Below the pieces are notes generated by a model that was given only the letters and a program-made list of their open reading frames with translations, was not told the origin of the DNA and did no database searches. A stretch of 63,112 nt of DNA, counting the filler, from Lenisia limosa (taxonomy: Eukaryota; Protista; Breviatea), in NCBI GenBank assembly GCA_001655205.1. It is 17 parts of 17 records of this genome, joined end to end, with 100 filler letters (N's around TTAATTAATTAA, not from the genome) between each part and the next. Parts side by side here need not be neighbours in the genome. Positions count along the whole stretch, not along the records: positions 48,092 to 49,664 come from LPNZ01011056.1; positions 49,765 to 51,303 come from LPNZ01010342.1; positions 51,404 to 57,776 come from LPNZ01000351.1; positions 57,877 to 59,756 come from LPNZ01011464.1; positions 59,857 to 61,850 come from LPNZ01005244.1; 12 more parts are not named here. One strand, given 5' to 3'. Shown here piece after piece: positions 48,300 through 60,250 of the stretch. A program made the translations under genes and the position numbers. The first letter of the stretch is position 1; each line of letters begins with the position of its first letter.

Positions 48300-49644
48300 C
48301 TTTCACCGCCACTTTAATCAATTGCTTTATCGCCATCTTTCACCCACCTTAATCAACTGCTGGTGATGCTCATCAGCCTGGATCAAAAGATTGCGGTGAG
48401 AGTAGTTCTTAAAGCTTGAGGCTNNNNNNNNNNNNNNNNNNNNNNNNNNNNNNNNNNNNNNNNNNNNNNNNNNNNNNNNNNNNNNNNNNNNNNNNNNNNN
48501 NNNNNNNNNNNNNNNNNNNNNNNNNNNNNNNNNNNNNNNNNNNNNNNNATCGAGAAACCAGGGATGTTTACTGCTAACAAAGGACAAAAGCGATATTATT
48601 GTCAATGACTGTGGTTAGTCTTGGCCAACAATTGAGATTTCTATTCAGGACAATCGGTCAATACTATCGCATAGCGATATTATTTCTTGTAGTATGGTTA
48701 TTGTTCTAAAAGGTAGTACATACCCGATTGTTGGACAAGCACTTGAGAGGGCGCATCAAGCTTCACCGTTTCGACGCTGCACTGCTTCTCAACAACTATC
48801 AAGTTACAAGGAATATACCTGTCAACTCATGATATTTAGCAGCAGGTCATATCTGCTCTTGGTCGATAATATGTTGTAAAATGAGATATCATACAAGCTC
48901 TAATAAAAATGTGAATTAAAGTGCCCCCCCCCCCCACAGTTTTGGATAGCGCTGTAAGAGAGCCGTCTGAAGGCTGACAATTTTGCAGCCAGACTAACAA
49001 TGGAGGTACTGGGGGGGGAGGGTGAGTAAAATTGAAATTTATGAACAAAAAAGTCCAAAATCAACTCTGTTGGCTGAAAACACACGAGGGTTGATAATAA
49101 CAAAACAAACAAAGCCCAGGCGGTTATCTAACAACGGAGGAAGAAAATAACTCCCCCGTTTAATACACTCATCTCCACTCTTCATTCGCCCCCCCCTTCC
49201 CACTTTTTAGAGAGTAGCAGAGATACTTCGAAGATGCCATGGTAGGCCTTTCGAAGGAGGGGGAGAGCATCTTTTGGACTCAGGGGGTTCTTACGTTGCT
49301 AAGGCGTTAGTTTTCTTCGGTGAAAACAGCGACTTGGCTTGAGCGGTTGTTTATTTGTTTGATACACCCTTGAGATAAATATTGATATTTGTCACCTTCG
49401 GCTAAGACTGAACTTTCGATAAATATCGATATTGTATCCATCTACTGGAAGTTCTATTCAAGGGGCAGCAGAGATAAATATTTTATAGTTCCCCAGATTT
49501 TCGAAAGATCAACAAAAAAATATCAAAATCCTCCGGCTCCATTACACACAGGCCTACATCATTTACATTAGGGCCGACAGTGTGCAGAACCACTGCAGTG
49601 CCTCGAAGAGCCATTGTGTCGTTTCGCGGCAGAGGGACGGGTAA
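48300..49644 (-). CDS. Possible macrodomain-containing protein (fragment)
   Basis: Exon AKPGDVLPVPLPRNDTMALRGTAVVLHTVGPN resembles macrodomain G.av.t....L....ViHtVGP; the GGG loop is not visible. Confidence 0.35.
49024..49090 (-). repeat. Dispersed intronic repeat family 4, abutting a 3' splice site
   Basis: GAGTAAAATTGAAATTTATGAACAAAAAAGTCCAAAATCAACTCTGTTGGCTG; similar to 25896-25960. Confidence 0.8.
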
Positions 49645-49744
49645 TACGTCGCCAGGCTTGGCGGNNNNNNNNNNNNNNNNNNNNNNNNNNNNNNNNNNNN
49701 NNNNNNNNTTAATTAATTAANNNNNNNNNNNNNNNNNNNNNNNN

Positions 49745-51303
49745 NNNNNNNNNNNNNNNNNNNNAACTGAACCTATCCAACATCCTTGATATGGCCCCAG
49801 AACAGTCCATCCTTAGCCCTTTGGTAAGCTGGATGAGATGCGGTGCTGCAAAATTTGTGTTGTTCAAACCCTACTTTGTGTCGCTAATATTTTGCAAACA
49901 GAGTTGATTTTGGGGTTTTTGTTTCTAAAATTTCCTCCTTTAACTCCTTGGTATGCATGCTGGTATTCTCATTCTTGTTCATATCATATTATTCTGATTT
50001 TCCCACCAAGCGGTGTCCTGGCTTATTTTTTAGGTTGTTACTAGCCAAGACTCTCCGCATTCCTCGCCTCCCAATGTACCAGGTAAGAAACGCTGGGTAT
50101 GGTGTATGGTGTCCCAATAACAGGAGCGAAATAAAGTATTCCTATTCATTGATATCGTATTAATTTGGAAAGGAGTGTTTTTTGGCCTTATCAACTGTTT
50201 TGCCTTTTCTCTTCTATTACATTTGGACTGTTCTTTAAAATAGACACTCAAACTAACCGAGCAGATTTCATACAACCCCCCGAAAACCGAGACAATCCGC
50301 CTGACGAGCCTTTTGACCCCGATGAAACGCCTGTGGATCCCGAAATTTGGGACTTACCAAAAGAGGCAGTTGTCCCCGTTCGCTTGCTTCCCCCGGGTGC
50401 TGGCCACACAAGAACAAGGTCACTTACCCCGAACCTGCCCGGGAACCTTCAACCTCAGCCTGACGTTGTGCCCTCTTGGCNNNNNNNNNNNNNNNNNNNN
50501 NNNNNNNNNNNNNNNNNNNNNNNNNNNNNNNNNNNNNNNNNNNNNNNNNNNNNNNNNNNNNNNNNNNNNNNNNNNNNNNNNNNNNNNNNNNNNNNNNNNN
50601 NNNNNNNNNNNNNNNNNNNNNNNNNNNNNNNNNNNNNNNNNNNNNNNNNNNNNNNNNNNNNNNNNNNNNNNNNNNNNNNNNNNNNNNNNNNNNNGTTGTG
50701 TTCACACCTAGTTTTTTTAATGATCTTGCTAGTTTTACTTATCAAATGGGGCATATGTGAAAAGTCCACTTACCATATGTAGTGACCAACGAGGCGGCGG
50801 CTGAACTGAACTGTTCCGTTGAGGACATAATGGCACTTGCCCAATTAGGCATCTTCCCTGCAAGCCCTGATAAGGCGTACCAAACAAACAGCACCCCAAA
50901 AGAGGAAAGTCAAGAACCTACAGCCGACAAGAGTCCCGATGCCCCAGCGGTGGTCCCCAAGCAGGCCGAGGAACCCGACTCTTTGACAATTGAGAGCGAT
51001 GACGATCTCTCGGTCATGCCCATTGACGAAACCCTTCTGGAATCCGGGATTGTTTGGAGTTTGGATACTGAAAAGGGGATAATCGTTGGTACTACACCCG
51101 CTGTGGAGGAAGAAGACGAGGACTCGCCTAATATGGCGACTGAGAGCCCGGTTATTCCGATCGCCGCTGGCAAAAAAAATATGGACGAAGAAGCTGACGA
51201 CTTGCCTCTTATGGAAAGTTATCCTGGCGGCTCGGATCACGTGGCAAGCCCAAAAGACGAAATTTTGACGTTTGAAGATCGGCCGCGTAATCATCTTGTC
51301 CCA
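49745..51303 (+). CDS. Hypothetical protein with acidic/Pro-rich low-complexity region (partial)
   Basis: Exons LLLAKTLRIPRLPMYQ and DFIQPPENRDNPPDEPFDPDETPVDPEIWDL; 189-aa acidic ORF from 50782. Confidence 0.45.
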
Positions 51304-52079
51304 NNNNNNNNNNNNNNNNNNNNNNNNNNNNNNNNNNNNNNNNNNNNTTAATTAATTAANNNNNNNNNNNNNNNNNNNNNNNNNNNNNNNNNNNNNNNNN
51401 NNNTGGACACCCCAGGTGCCAACCGCCTGTCAGCCCATGGTAGAAAATAGCTTGTTTTTTTTTTGTTCATGCGAAGTACTTTTACGTCACTTCCTTTGTT
51501 GTCAATGTATGAGTGGTACCGTATACCTCGATTCTGCACGGCTCAATTGCAGATGTCAATTTGAAAGAAATAGTGGTAACGCAATACACGATATAGATGA
51601 TGTTCTAGTTCAACTACCCCATTGGCGTACAGTTGATTTTTTGGTCACTGTCCGTGTCCCGCTTCTCTACACCAACCTAGTGTCGGATACATACCCATAA
51701 CTAGAAAAGAAATAACTAGAAAAGGGGACACTGAAGATGATTATGTATGACAATGTTGGTAATGAGAAGCCGTGGTTGAGATTTAGAGTCACTCCCCTTT
51801 CACACTGCCAAATTCCACTATTACACAAATATATTCAGAAAGTTATACATTTTACCTCTATTTAATGCACAGCTCAGGCCTTATTCTTCAGTGCTTGCTG
51901 CTTACAGAACACACGATGGCCGCCGTAGTCGTCACGTTGACATATCGCACTGCAGTAGTACACAGAACTGCAATGGAGAATGTAAAATACGGACACTACT
52001 GATTTGATAAAGAATATATAGCTATATAAATAAGTCATTTCAGCTGAGAATATTCCCCATCAACATTCAAAATAACTTT

Positions 52080-55000
52080 CCGACCTTCCTACCTGCATCT
52101 TGAGCATCGCATCAATTTCTTCGTTTTCGCCTTCTCAATACCACAGTGTTTGCAACACCTTCAGTGGTGAAGGAATTATTATGTAATCCAACAAGATATT
52201 GTGGACATGGTTGAATAATTTTACTTCTTTCTTCCATATTATAACATATCAAATGGAACAAGGATGTACCTACTTCTTAGGGATGACTGGCTCGATCATT
52301 TTTGGTTTCACAACTTCTACAAGAGACTCCGGTGGGATTGGTCTGAAAGATGATACGCTGGCTAAATTGCCAAAATTGTGGTTTTGATACGCAGCGTCAA
52401 CACAGAAAGAAGCATACCTTGCCTCGATTTTTTCAAACTTGAAAGGAGCCGAAGGGTCGAGAGGAGCATAGAACTTCTCGGTATCAGGGAAGTGTCTATA
52501 CAATCATATAACTCTTACTCTGGTCATAATTCATATCATTTTCCCAATAATATATTCGAAAATTAATTGAGTTTCCCCAGAAGAACAACTCTGTAGGAAC
52601 CTTCAAAATCTTGGAAAGCGTTTTAATGTTTTCATAAAAAATACGAATTAATCATTCCAATGATCTTCACTTTAACTGCGAACAACCAAATCAACTCATC
52701 AACTAGGTTTTTGGTTTTTAGGATCTAAGGGGCCTTGTATTCCACTCACTTCTCGAAGGCACACAGCTGCAGCTTAGTCATTGGGAGTTGTTTTAACTCA
52801 GAGTCCGTGATACTATTGTTGAAGGCTCGGAAGGCGGCAAGGAAACTAGGCCGTGAAAAGATAACTCCACAAGAAACAGAGAATTTGGATAATAATCCAG
52901 AATTTATGAGTTTTTAAAAGAAAAAAAAATATACAATGTGTTGGTACTTGAAACTGATTTAAAAGGCCTCATCATGTTTATATAGTATATTTATCACATA
53001 CAGTGACCGGGAAGTCTTGACCGGTTTTCTTTGGGTCCACATAGCAAATCGGTCAAGACTTATCCTGGTCACTGTATATATCTCATACATGTACGTTATA
53101 GCGAACGTTTCCGCTTGAGTTTTTGGGACGAATGTGAGAGCTTTCGTCGCAGAGGGTTGGTAGTGACACAAGGAAACCCTGTGAAAATTAGAGGGGACCA
53201 GTAGAGAAGGGTAAAAAGCAGCCATCTTATTCAAAGAAATGTTCAAGAGACATAAGGAAGCCACCACAAACAAATCCAGGGGAAAGCGCGACATTTTGCA
53301 CATGATGTAGGAGAAGTGGAGGTTCTAAAGGTAGTGAGATATGAATAAGTGAGTCTCTGGCTGAAGCAGTAATATTTCTTTTGCAATGGATGTGTTGATG
53401 GTGAAATGGTCAATTGTATAAAATGAATGGAAAGCGATTCTCGTCATAATCTGATCTTTAACAAATATACCCTTTTTGAAAGAATGAATGTGGAGGAAAT
53501 TGAGGTAAGGTTAAATAATGGAACACTCGATGAAGAATATTAAAGATAGCCAGCCTACCGTGACCTCTTCTGACAAGGGCCCGGAGAGGGTGAAGTTCTC
53601 ATGGAAGGCAGAGAAGTGGGAAGTGAACTCGTCCAGTTGACCCCATGTTATCTAGTTCGGTTAAACATAAGTCAATATGTAATTATGAAAAAATTGTGAC
53701 GATAAAACGCCTGATTATCATAATTAATTAGACAAAAACTGGCATTAAAGCTGACCTTGACCGTCTGTACACCCATTTCCTCGAGCTGCAAAATCGACGT
53801 CACAATAGAATTCACCTAGAGTGTTAGATAACCATATTTGGTATGATATCATGTAATGTGTCGAAATGGGGACTATAACCCTCCCCCACCAAAGGCAAAT
53901 GGATGTAAGTTCCTGTTCCGGAGACAGTGAGCACGTTATACGCCTTGAAGTTGAACTTCTACCCCAGGTCAACAACAATAAAGGTAAAGGACAGAACAAA
54001 ACGGAGGATCAACAAAAACCTTTGAGATTTCAGTAAAGTACCAGTGTGCAGTGGTAAAAAGTGGGACTAGGGTTTCACTTTGGTTCTAAAAAAGACGGAA
54101 TTTTTTCGATAAATCTTCGAAAATTATCGATATTTTACCGGTATTTTTCGAACCGAAGTGAAGTCATAAGTGGGACCCTCAGCAAACGGGGTGCTTCATG
54201 AGCTTGATAATGGCCTTGACGTCACGCCCTTTTTTGCCCTCAAGATAGACCAATTCGCCAGCTATCGCGAGGAGGGCCAGTCCCATACGCTCCAATTGCT
54301 GACCTAAGAGGGAAGGTTATGGATAAGGTAGTTAGAAAAATAAAAAAAAGCCCTGAGGATGAAACAGACATCCTGTGGCAAGTTTTACTCTGTTTATTTC
54401 TAACATGATATCATATATTATAGATATAATATCATAGTAATATGTAATGATATTATATTGGTGTATTATTTGTAAATATCAACTAGTTTGAATACACAAT
54501 CATTCAAACAAGTTCCTATCCAAACTTGCGAGGAATCTGTTTAGAAACAGTTTACTGCAAACACCCACTGTTCAGCTTCATGGTGTTCAAGATGTTGGTG
54601 AAGACCTTCTCAATGATAGGATACGACACACACCCTGCAGTTGTCTGGAGAGGAGGGTAATGTTAGACAAACTGCATTTATTCTGTATTCTCAAATATGA
54701 ATAGATTTTTCTAATGATAGAATAAGGCGGAAATAAAGTTTAGTTTCACTTTGTTCAACTTATCAATAATGCTTACAATTGTCAATTATGTGGTAGAAGA
54801 ACAAACCCCAGTCTACATCAGATTCAATTTACCACATAAACTTACTAAACTCTAATCTTGCACCCCAACTCACCACGACCGCCACATTGAGCAAAGGGAT
54901 TCGGTTGGAGTATTTCAAGCCTTGAAAGTCAAAACACACTAAACACCAATTTTGATCACCGTGCCCACATTTTTTGATGTAGCGAGCAACTGGTATTTCT

Positions 55001-56560
55001 TTCTTCGGAATTGGGACAACACTGAACCGCAAATGAGCCGCAAAAGGGATGTGTAGAACCTAGGAGGTACTATCAGACAGGCTAGGAGGTGGAAATGTGA
55101 AAGCGTCAACAGTATCATTGATAAGATACTAATTGAGTATAGTCATCATAAAACCAGTAAAAATGCAGTTTGCCTACCTCGGGGGGAAACAAATTGTTCT
55201 GATCTGGGGTGTGAGAGCAGTGAATATAATCCAATGGGAAATGTGGTCGATGTACTAGTGTAAAAATATGTTCCGCCCCTCTGAACAGTATTATGACACT
55301 ACGTAAATACACACTGTATATGTAGATATTTTATTATTACCATATGATTGTGATTAACAAATGAAGGAATACGTCCATTTCGAACGAAATCCACACAGTA
55401 TTCCTCCCACCCCACCCATGAGAGCCACCAGATCCCTGATCGCGCTGGCGGTGATCGGGCAGGTTAACTCATTCTCGAAAAGGGTCTAAGGTGTAAACAA
55501 GCGTATATTATATGTATGATATCCATTTTCAAGATGAAAATAATACCTTGCCAATTGAGGTAATGAAAAGCCTAATCATACAACCTTCATAACCCAGGGT
55601 AATCAACACCACACAGACCTGTAGCATGAGGAGAAAGAACCAAGCGTGCGGGGTGAAATCAAAATCAGGAAACTCTTAACAAAAGTGAATTGACAACATC
55701 AGCAGGGGGTGAAACAAGCAGAAAGCTCTATTAACAGTTTATAAGACAAGTTTTGGGTAAATTGTTATTAGTAGATGTGAATTGTCATTTCAAACTAAAC
55801 AATCATCTAAATTGCTTTGTAAGAGAAGTTTTCCTTAACCCCCCACCGAAGTTTTGAAACACGACGGGGATGATGTGCTGAAAACGATAAAAAAACACAG
55901 ATTCTGAATTTCATAATAATAGCAATATCATATTGGATTATACCCCCCTCCCCCACAACAATAAGTGGCGAGTATTACTCCAACATATACCCACAGCAAT
56001 TTCAAGGATGCCGAAGTTGATAGTGCAGAGTTTGTCCCCCTGGAAGTAATCAGGATAGGCAGTGTTCATCAGGCGGACTGCTGTGGAGTCTGTGGGATGT
56101 GAGGAACATGGACTAGTGGAATAAAAAGCACAGATCTCAGAATGATATCAAGGGTATCTTAAAAATTGGAACAGCTTTGCATTGGACTCAAGATGGAGGT
56201 TTTAATGATATATTGATGAGGCGAAATATATTTGAAAAACCTAAACATCCCAATAAAAGGTTCCTACTTTCAGGAGGCACGCTGTAGATGTAGTACTGGT
56301 CAAGTGGGCCCTGTTATCGATTAATAGTGTGCATATCGTTCACTTTAAAAAATTGAATCGTACTTGACTGAGATTATTCGAAACTTTATAGATTCCAATA
56401 AAACAAAAGATGCTGTAGGTGAACAGTCCTCAAGCAGGTTGTCCCAAAGGCGTACTGGTTTAGTGACTTGGTCGTAGCTGAAATAGGACTGTAGAACCGT
56501 CACACAATTGTCAAGGCTTCGTGCAGTCATTTCTTCGAGTGTGTTGAAGGGAGATACATC
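52080..56560 (-). CDS. Hypothetical multi-exon protein(s)
   Basis: Spliced exons such as STAVRLMNTAYPDYFQGDKLCTINFGILEIAV|GVCVVLITLGYEGCMIRLFITSIGK|TLFENELTCPITASAIRDLVALM and TTAGCVSYPIIEKVFTNILNTMKL; family not recognised; may be two genes. Confidence 0.35.
53001..53074. mobile_element. MITE family 2, full copy with TA TSD
   Basis: TA|CAGTGACCGGGAAGTCTTGACCG...CGGTCAAGACTTATCCTGGTCACTG|TA. Confidence 0.9.
54068..54168. mobile_element. MITE family 1, full copy with perfect 8-bp TSD AGTGGGAC
   Basis: AGTGGGAC at 54060-54067 and 54169-54176 around TAGGGTTTCACTTTGGTT...AACCGAAGTGAAGTCATA. Confidence 0.92.
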
Positions 56561-56994
56561 AAGAACTACAAAGGGTTGGTATTGGAATTATAGTTTTCAA
56601 AAAATTCCATCAAACAAAATCAATCACAATGGGGTAGTAATAATGGTGCCAGTGGTAACAATGGTCCCGGTGCTAGCAAAACCAAAAAACCTGGTTGCAA
56701 GCGAGCAGCCACAGCGTCAATCACCTTATCCTGCACAATTATGATTAAAAGGAGGTGCCAAAAACAATCTTTTTGCCAACCACAGATTATGGATTTGGTG
56801 TTATGATTTTGTGTAAAGAAGTTCCGAATTTCATCTCAAGCTTGAGGGCTTCTTACAATCTTTTACTCTCAAATAAAAAGCGTTTTGCCTACCATGAACT
56901 GTGGGGTGAAGCCTTCCAAACACTTCATCATATATGGAGACTTCTTGAGGAAGAGGAACTCTCTCACTAAAGTCAGGCAACAATCAATCAAAAA

Positions 56995-57082
56995 TAGGGT
57001 TTCACTCTGGTCTGAAAAAGACCGATGAAATATAGAGGATTTATCGAGAAATTTGGACTTTTTGAACCGAAGTGAAGCCCTT
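56995..57082. mobile_element. MITE family 1, inverted copy with internal deletion
   Basis: TAGGGTTTCACTCTGG...GAGGATTTATCGAGAAATT...GAACCGAAGTGAAGCCCTT. Confidence 0.85.
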
Positions 57083-59856
57083 GTCATAAGTCAATTTTAT
57101 CTCAACAGTATACCATGCTTCGGAAGTGAACACAATGAACTGCACTACAATGCAAAATTGCCAAGTGATTCAAAGAACTATCAATCACTCCTTAACAACA
57201 CCCCACTGAAAGCAAGACTGAAGCCCTGGGCAACCGCAATGACGTCATCATGTGCCACGTCAGAAGCCTCCCCAACAGCCGAGGCGTAGACGAAGGCCTG
57301 GGGGGGGGGGGTCAAAAACTGAAATTGTCTTCAAATGTTGCTTGTTTCTAAAGTAGATTCTTGGAGCAATGCCGCTTATCACTTCGGGAGAAATGGGTAT
57401 ATTATTAAAACAGAGAGAAACAAAATATCAATTCTGTTGGCTAAACAGACAAGGCCTGCATCGATGGGTTGTATGTGAATAAGAACAAAATAGTACTCAT
57501 ACTTCATGTTTCGGAGCCATCATAGCTTCCACACCAGCAAGCTCCTAAGGGATGAGAAACCTAGGTGGGCATCCGGTCAACGTTTTCAATGAAAACACGG
57601 TTTTAAAGTAGTATTATAGCGAAATTCATTAAAAAACACAACCACGCAATTGTACTGTTATATTCTGTTCTCCCTGGACGTTGTCAAAATGTACCAATTT
57701 TGAAATACTGTTGAACATATCATTGTGATAGAGATATTGAATACCAGACCAGGGAGAGTAAAAGACATTATCACACNNNNNNNNNNNNNNNNNNNNNNNN
57801 NNNNNNNNNNNNNNNNNNNNTTAATTAATTAANNNNNNNNNNNNNNNNNNNNNNNNNNNNNNNNNNNNNNNNNNNNTATGATGGAAATAATTGGACACTG
57901 ATTGGTCTTGGTCAATCTTGACGATTCTAGTTTACTTAGTTTGGCTCCGTAACTCAACGTTCGGTTCATCCCGCATCGCCAGTTCTGCTTACCAAAACTA
58001 GCCTACTTGTGACTGGTCCTTTATGGCCCGTCGTTCACTTAAGCAACGCCAGGCAATGCACCTATCTGTCTTGAGTGAATATGCCACAAGAAGAGAAGAA
58101 ATAATAAACACCCAATACAAATGGAAATGTTTCAATAAAAACCAGATTATTGTAAGCAAAATGGAACGTAAGTAAAATAAACAAGTCACTGTATACAATT
58201 GGACCACAGCAAATAAGACAACAATGAAAATATCGATGAGAATTGGAACTAACAAGAATATAATTACAACAACGCAAGAAGCAAAAACAGTCACAGGTAG
58301 ATATCATTATATGATATATTATATGTATACATATAATACACACTCATTTAGGTTTTCAAATCTGAATGTCTTTATTTTTTCCCGTGCAATAAATATATTC
58401 TATAGTGTGGTAAGTTTTCCACCTCACCATGATATTATTGTTTGACTCAGCTGCTGTTTTATTTATCGTTGTATAGTTTCAGTCAAATGATGAATTCACT
58501 TCAGAAACGCTGGCATTGATAAAGGTAGATGATGTATGATATACTATGATGACAAAAAATATCAAAGTATCTTATGTTGTATATTTTATTCATTCGTTTA
58601 TTTTTCTTGGAGGCTCATATCTGCTGATTTCATTAAAAAAAACGAACATGACATCCATAGGTCAAATTTGCGTTCGGGGTTTTTTTGATGATTATTTTTT
58701 TGATACATTAGAACTATATACCAATTGCCTACACTGTATTAAGGGCTACTAATTGTAAGCCAAAGTACATCGAAGTTTTTTTGTGAGTTTTCCACCTTCG
58801 CATCTGCTTACGCAACAGAGTCTGGTATCCGAACCACACAACTTGTATGCGAATTTTTGCAAAAATTATAAAAATACTCTTTAAACAGGATGATGACGTG
58901 TTGAAAGACGACATAACTATAACTGAGTGTAATCTATTTGATTGTTATTTAGTGTAATAATGTCATTTATTAGTGGCATAACAGTATAGAGTTGTCTGAT
59001 AAATACTGGGGGTTACTTTTATGAGCATAATCCCTTTTAAACTCTTGTGGAAAATTTACTTACGACAACGGATGCAACCTGGTCAAGTTTTTACTTAGAG
59101 TCTGTCCTGAGCTTGCATGCCAGTCTGTTACTATGGTTTGCTTCCCATTGTTAGAGTGACGATAGGTCGATGAGTTTCACAGTGCTGGCACAAAAATTGC
59201 CACCAGTGTACCAGATGAACTTTGCCCAGGTTATAAAACAAACACCTCGGTATGATAACTTCTCAATTTACATTTAGATGTGTGAGCAATTTCACTCTAT
59301 GATTCGGTCTTTAAAATTTGTGATCCCTTTGATGGAGAAAGTGAGTTTCTTTATTTGTGCTGAACACATCACAACCTCTTCTCATTTTAGACAATAGCAT
59401 TCCATTTCATTCGTCTTCGTTCATCACATTAAAAAAATGAAAAGTATATATAAGAAGAAGAAAAAAACGAGAAAAAAAAAAGGCACGTTAAGATTTGAAT
59501 CTATAAGAGAGAAACCTAAAGCCAATAAATTGCACTAACAAATCACCATAAATAACAATATTTTTGGTTGGTGATCCAACCTTTTTGCAAAAAAAAAAAA
59601 TTCCACATTTACCCAATGGTGCTTATTAGCACCCCCCTCCTCGGTGCTCCCAAGAAACTACTCTTCTTAACCCAATACAACTTCTCGCTTCAACTCCTTT
59701 TCCTCCTTCTTCCTACATGTTTTCACTATGAGCAAGTCCAGCAAGTAGAATGCATANNNNNNNNNNNNNNNNNNNNNNNNNNNNNNNNNNNNNNNNNNNN
59801 TTAATTAATTAANNNNNNNNNNNNNNNNNNNNNNNNNNNNNNNNNNNNNNNNNNNN

Positions 59857-59945
59857 CTAACAGAGTTAAATTATTCTGACCCCCTTCCCAAAGGCTTAGC
59901 TAACAGAGTTAAATTAGGTTAAATTATTCTGACCCCCTTCCCCTC
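59857..59945 (+). repeat. Imperfect tandem duplication of an intron 3' region (CTAACAGAGTTAAATTATTCTGACCCCCTTCCC x2)
   Basis: Second copy has a 10-bp internal duplication and is followed by CTCAG|. Confidence 0.85.
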
Positions 59946-60250
59946 AGTTCATTTTGGAGCTGAAGAAGCTTATTTCGTCCAATACGGCTACCCAGATAAG
60001 AAAAACCACATGGAGGTTAGGGGAGGGAGGGGGGCAGTAACGTCTCTTTTGAAACTTGGACATATCTTCCAAGTTTATTGTAGAGGTCTGCTTTAAATAT
60101 AGGGAAACAGATAAATGCCGTTGAACAAATTACCAAAAAATGATAATGATGGTCACCATGCAGGCACATCGCCACCTTGTGAACACTCTGACGGGATTCA
60201 TTCACTCCTTCCGAATTACCGATGAGCCACTGGACATGCCTCTTTTGGCG
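59946..60250 (+). CDS. Possible longin-domain protein of the CCZ1/HPS4 type (fragment)
   Basis: HFGAEEAYFVQYGYPDKKNHME|AHRHLVNTLTGFIHSFRITDEPLD loosely resembles the first longin of CCZ1/HPS4; weak. Confidence 0.3.

Noticed and set aside
59060-59270. Kelch-like repeat on the minus strand (IWYTGG...KLIDLSSL*QW)
   Set aside because: A single weak motif with in-frame stops and unclear exon limits; not enough to call.
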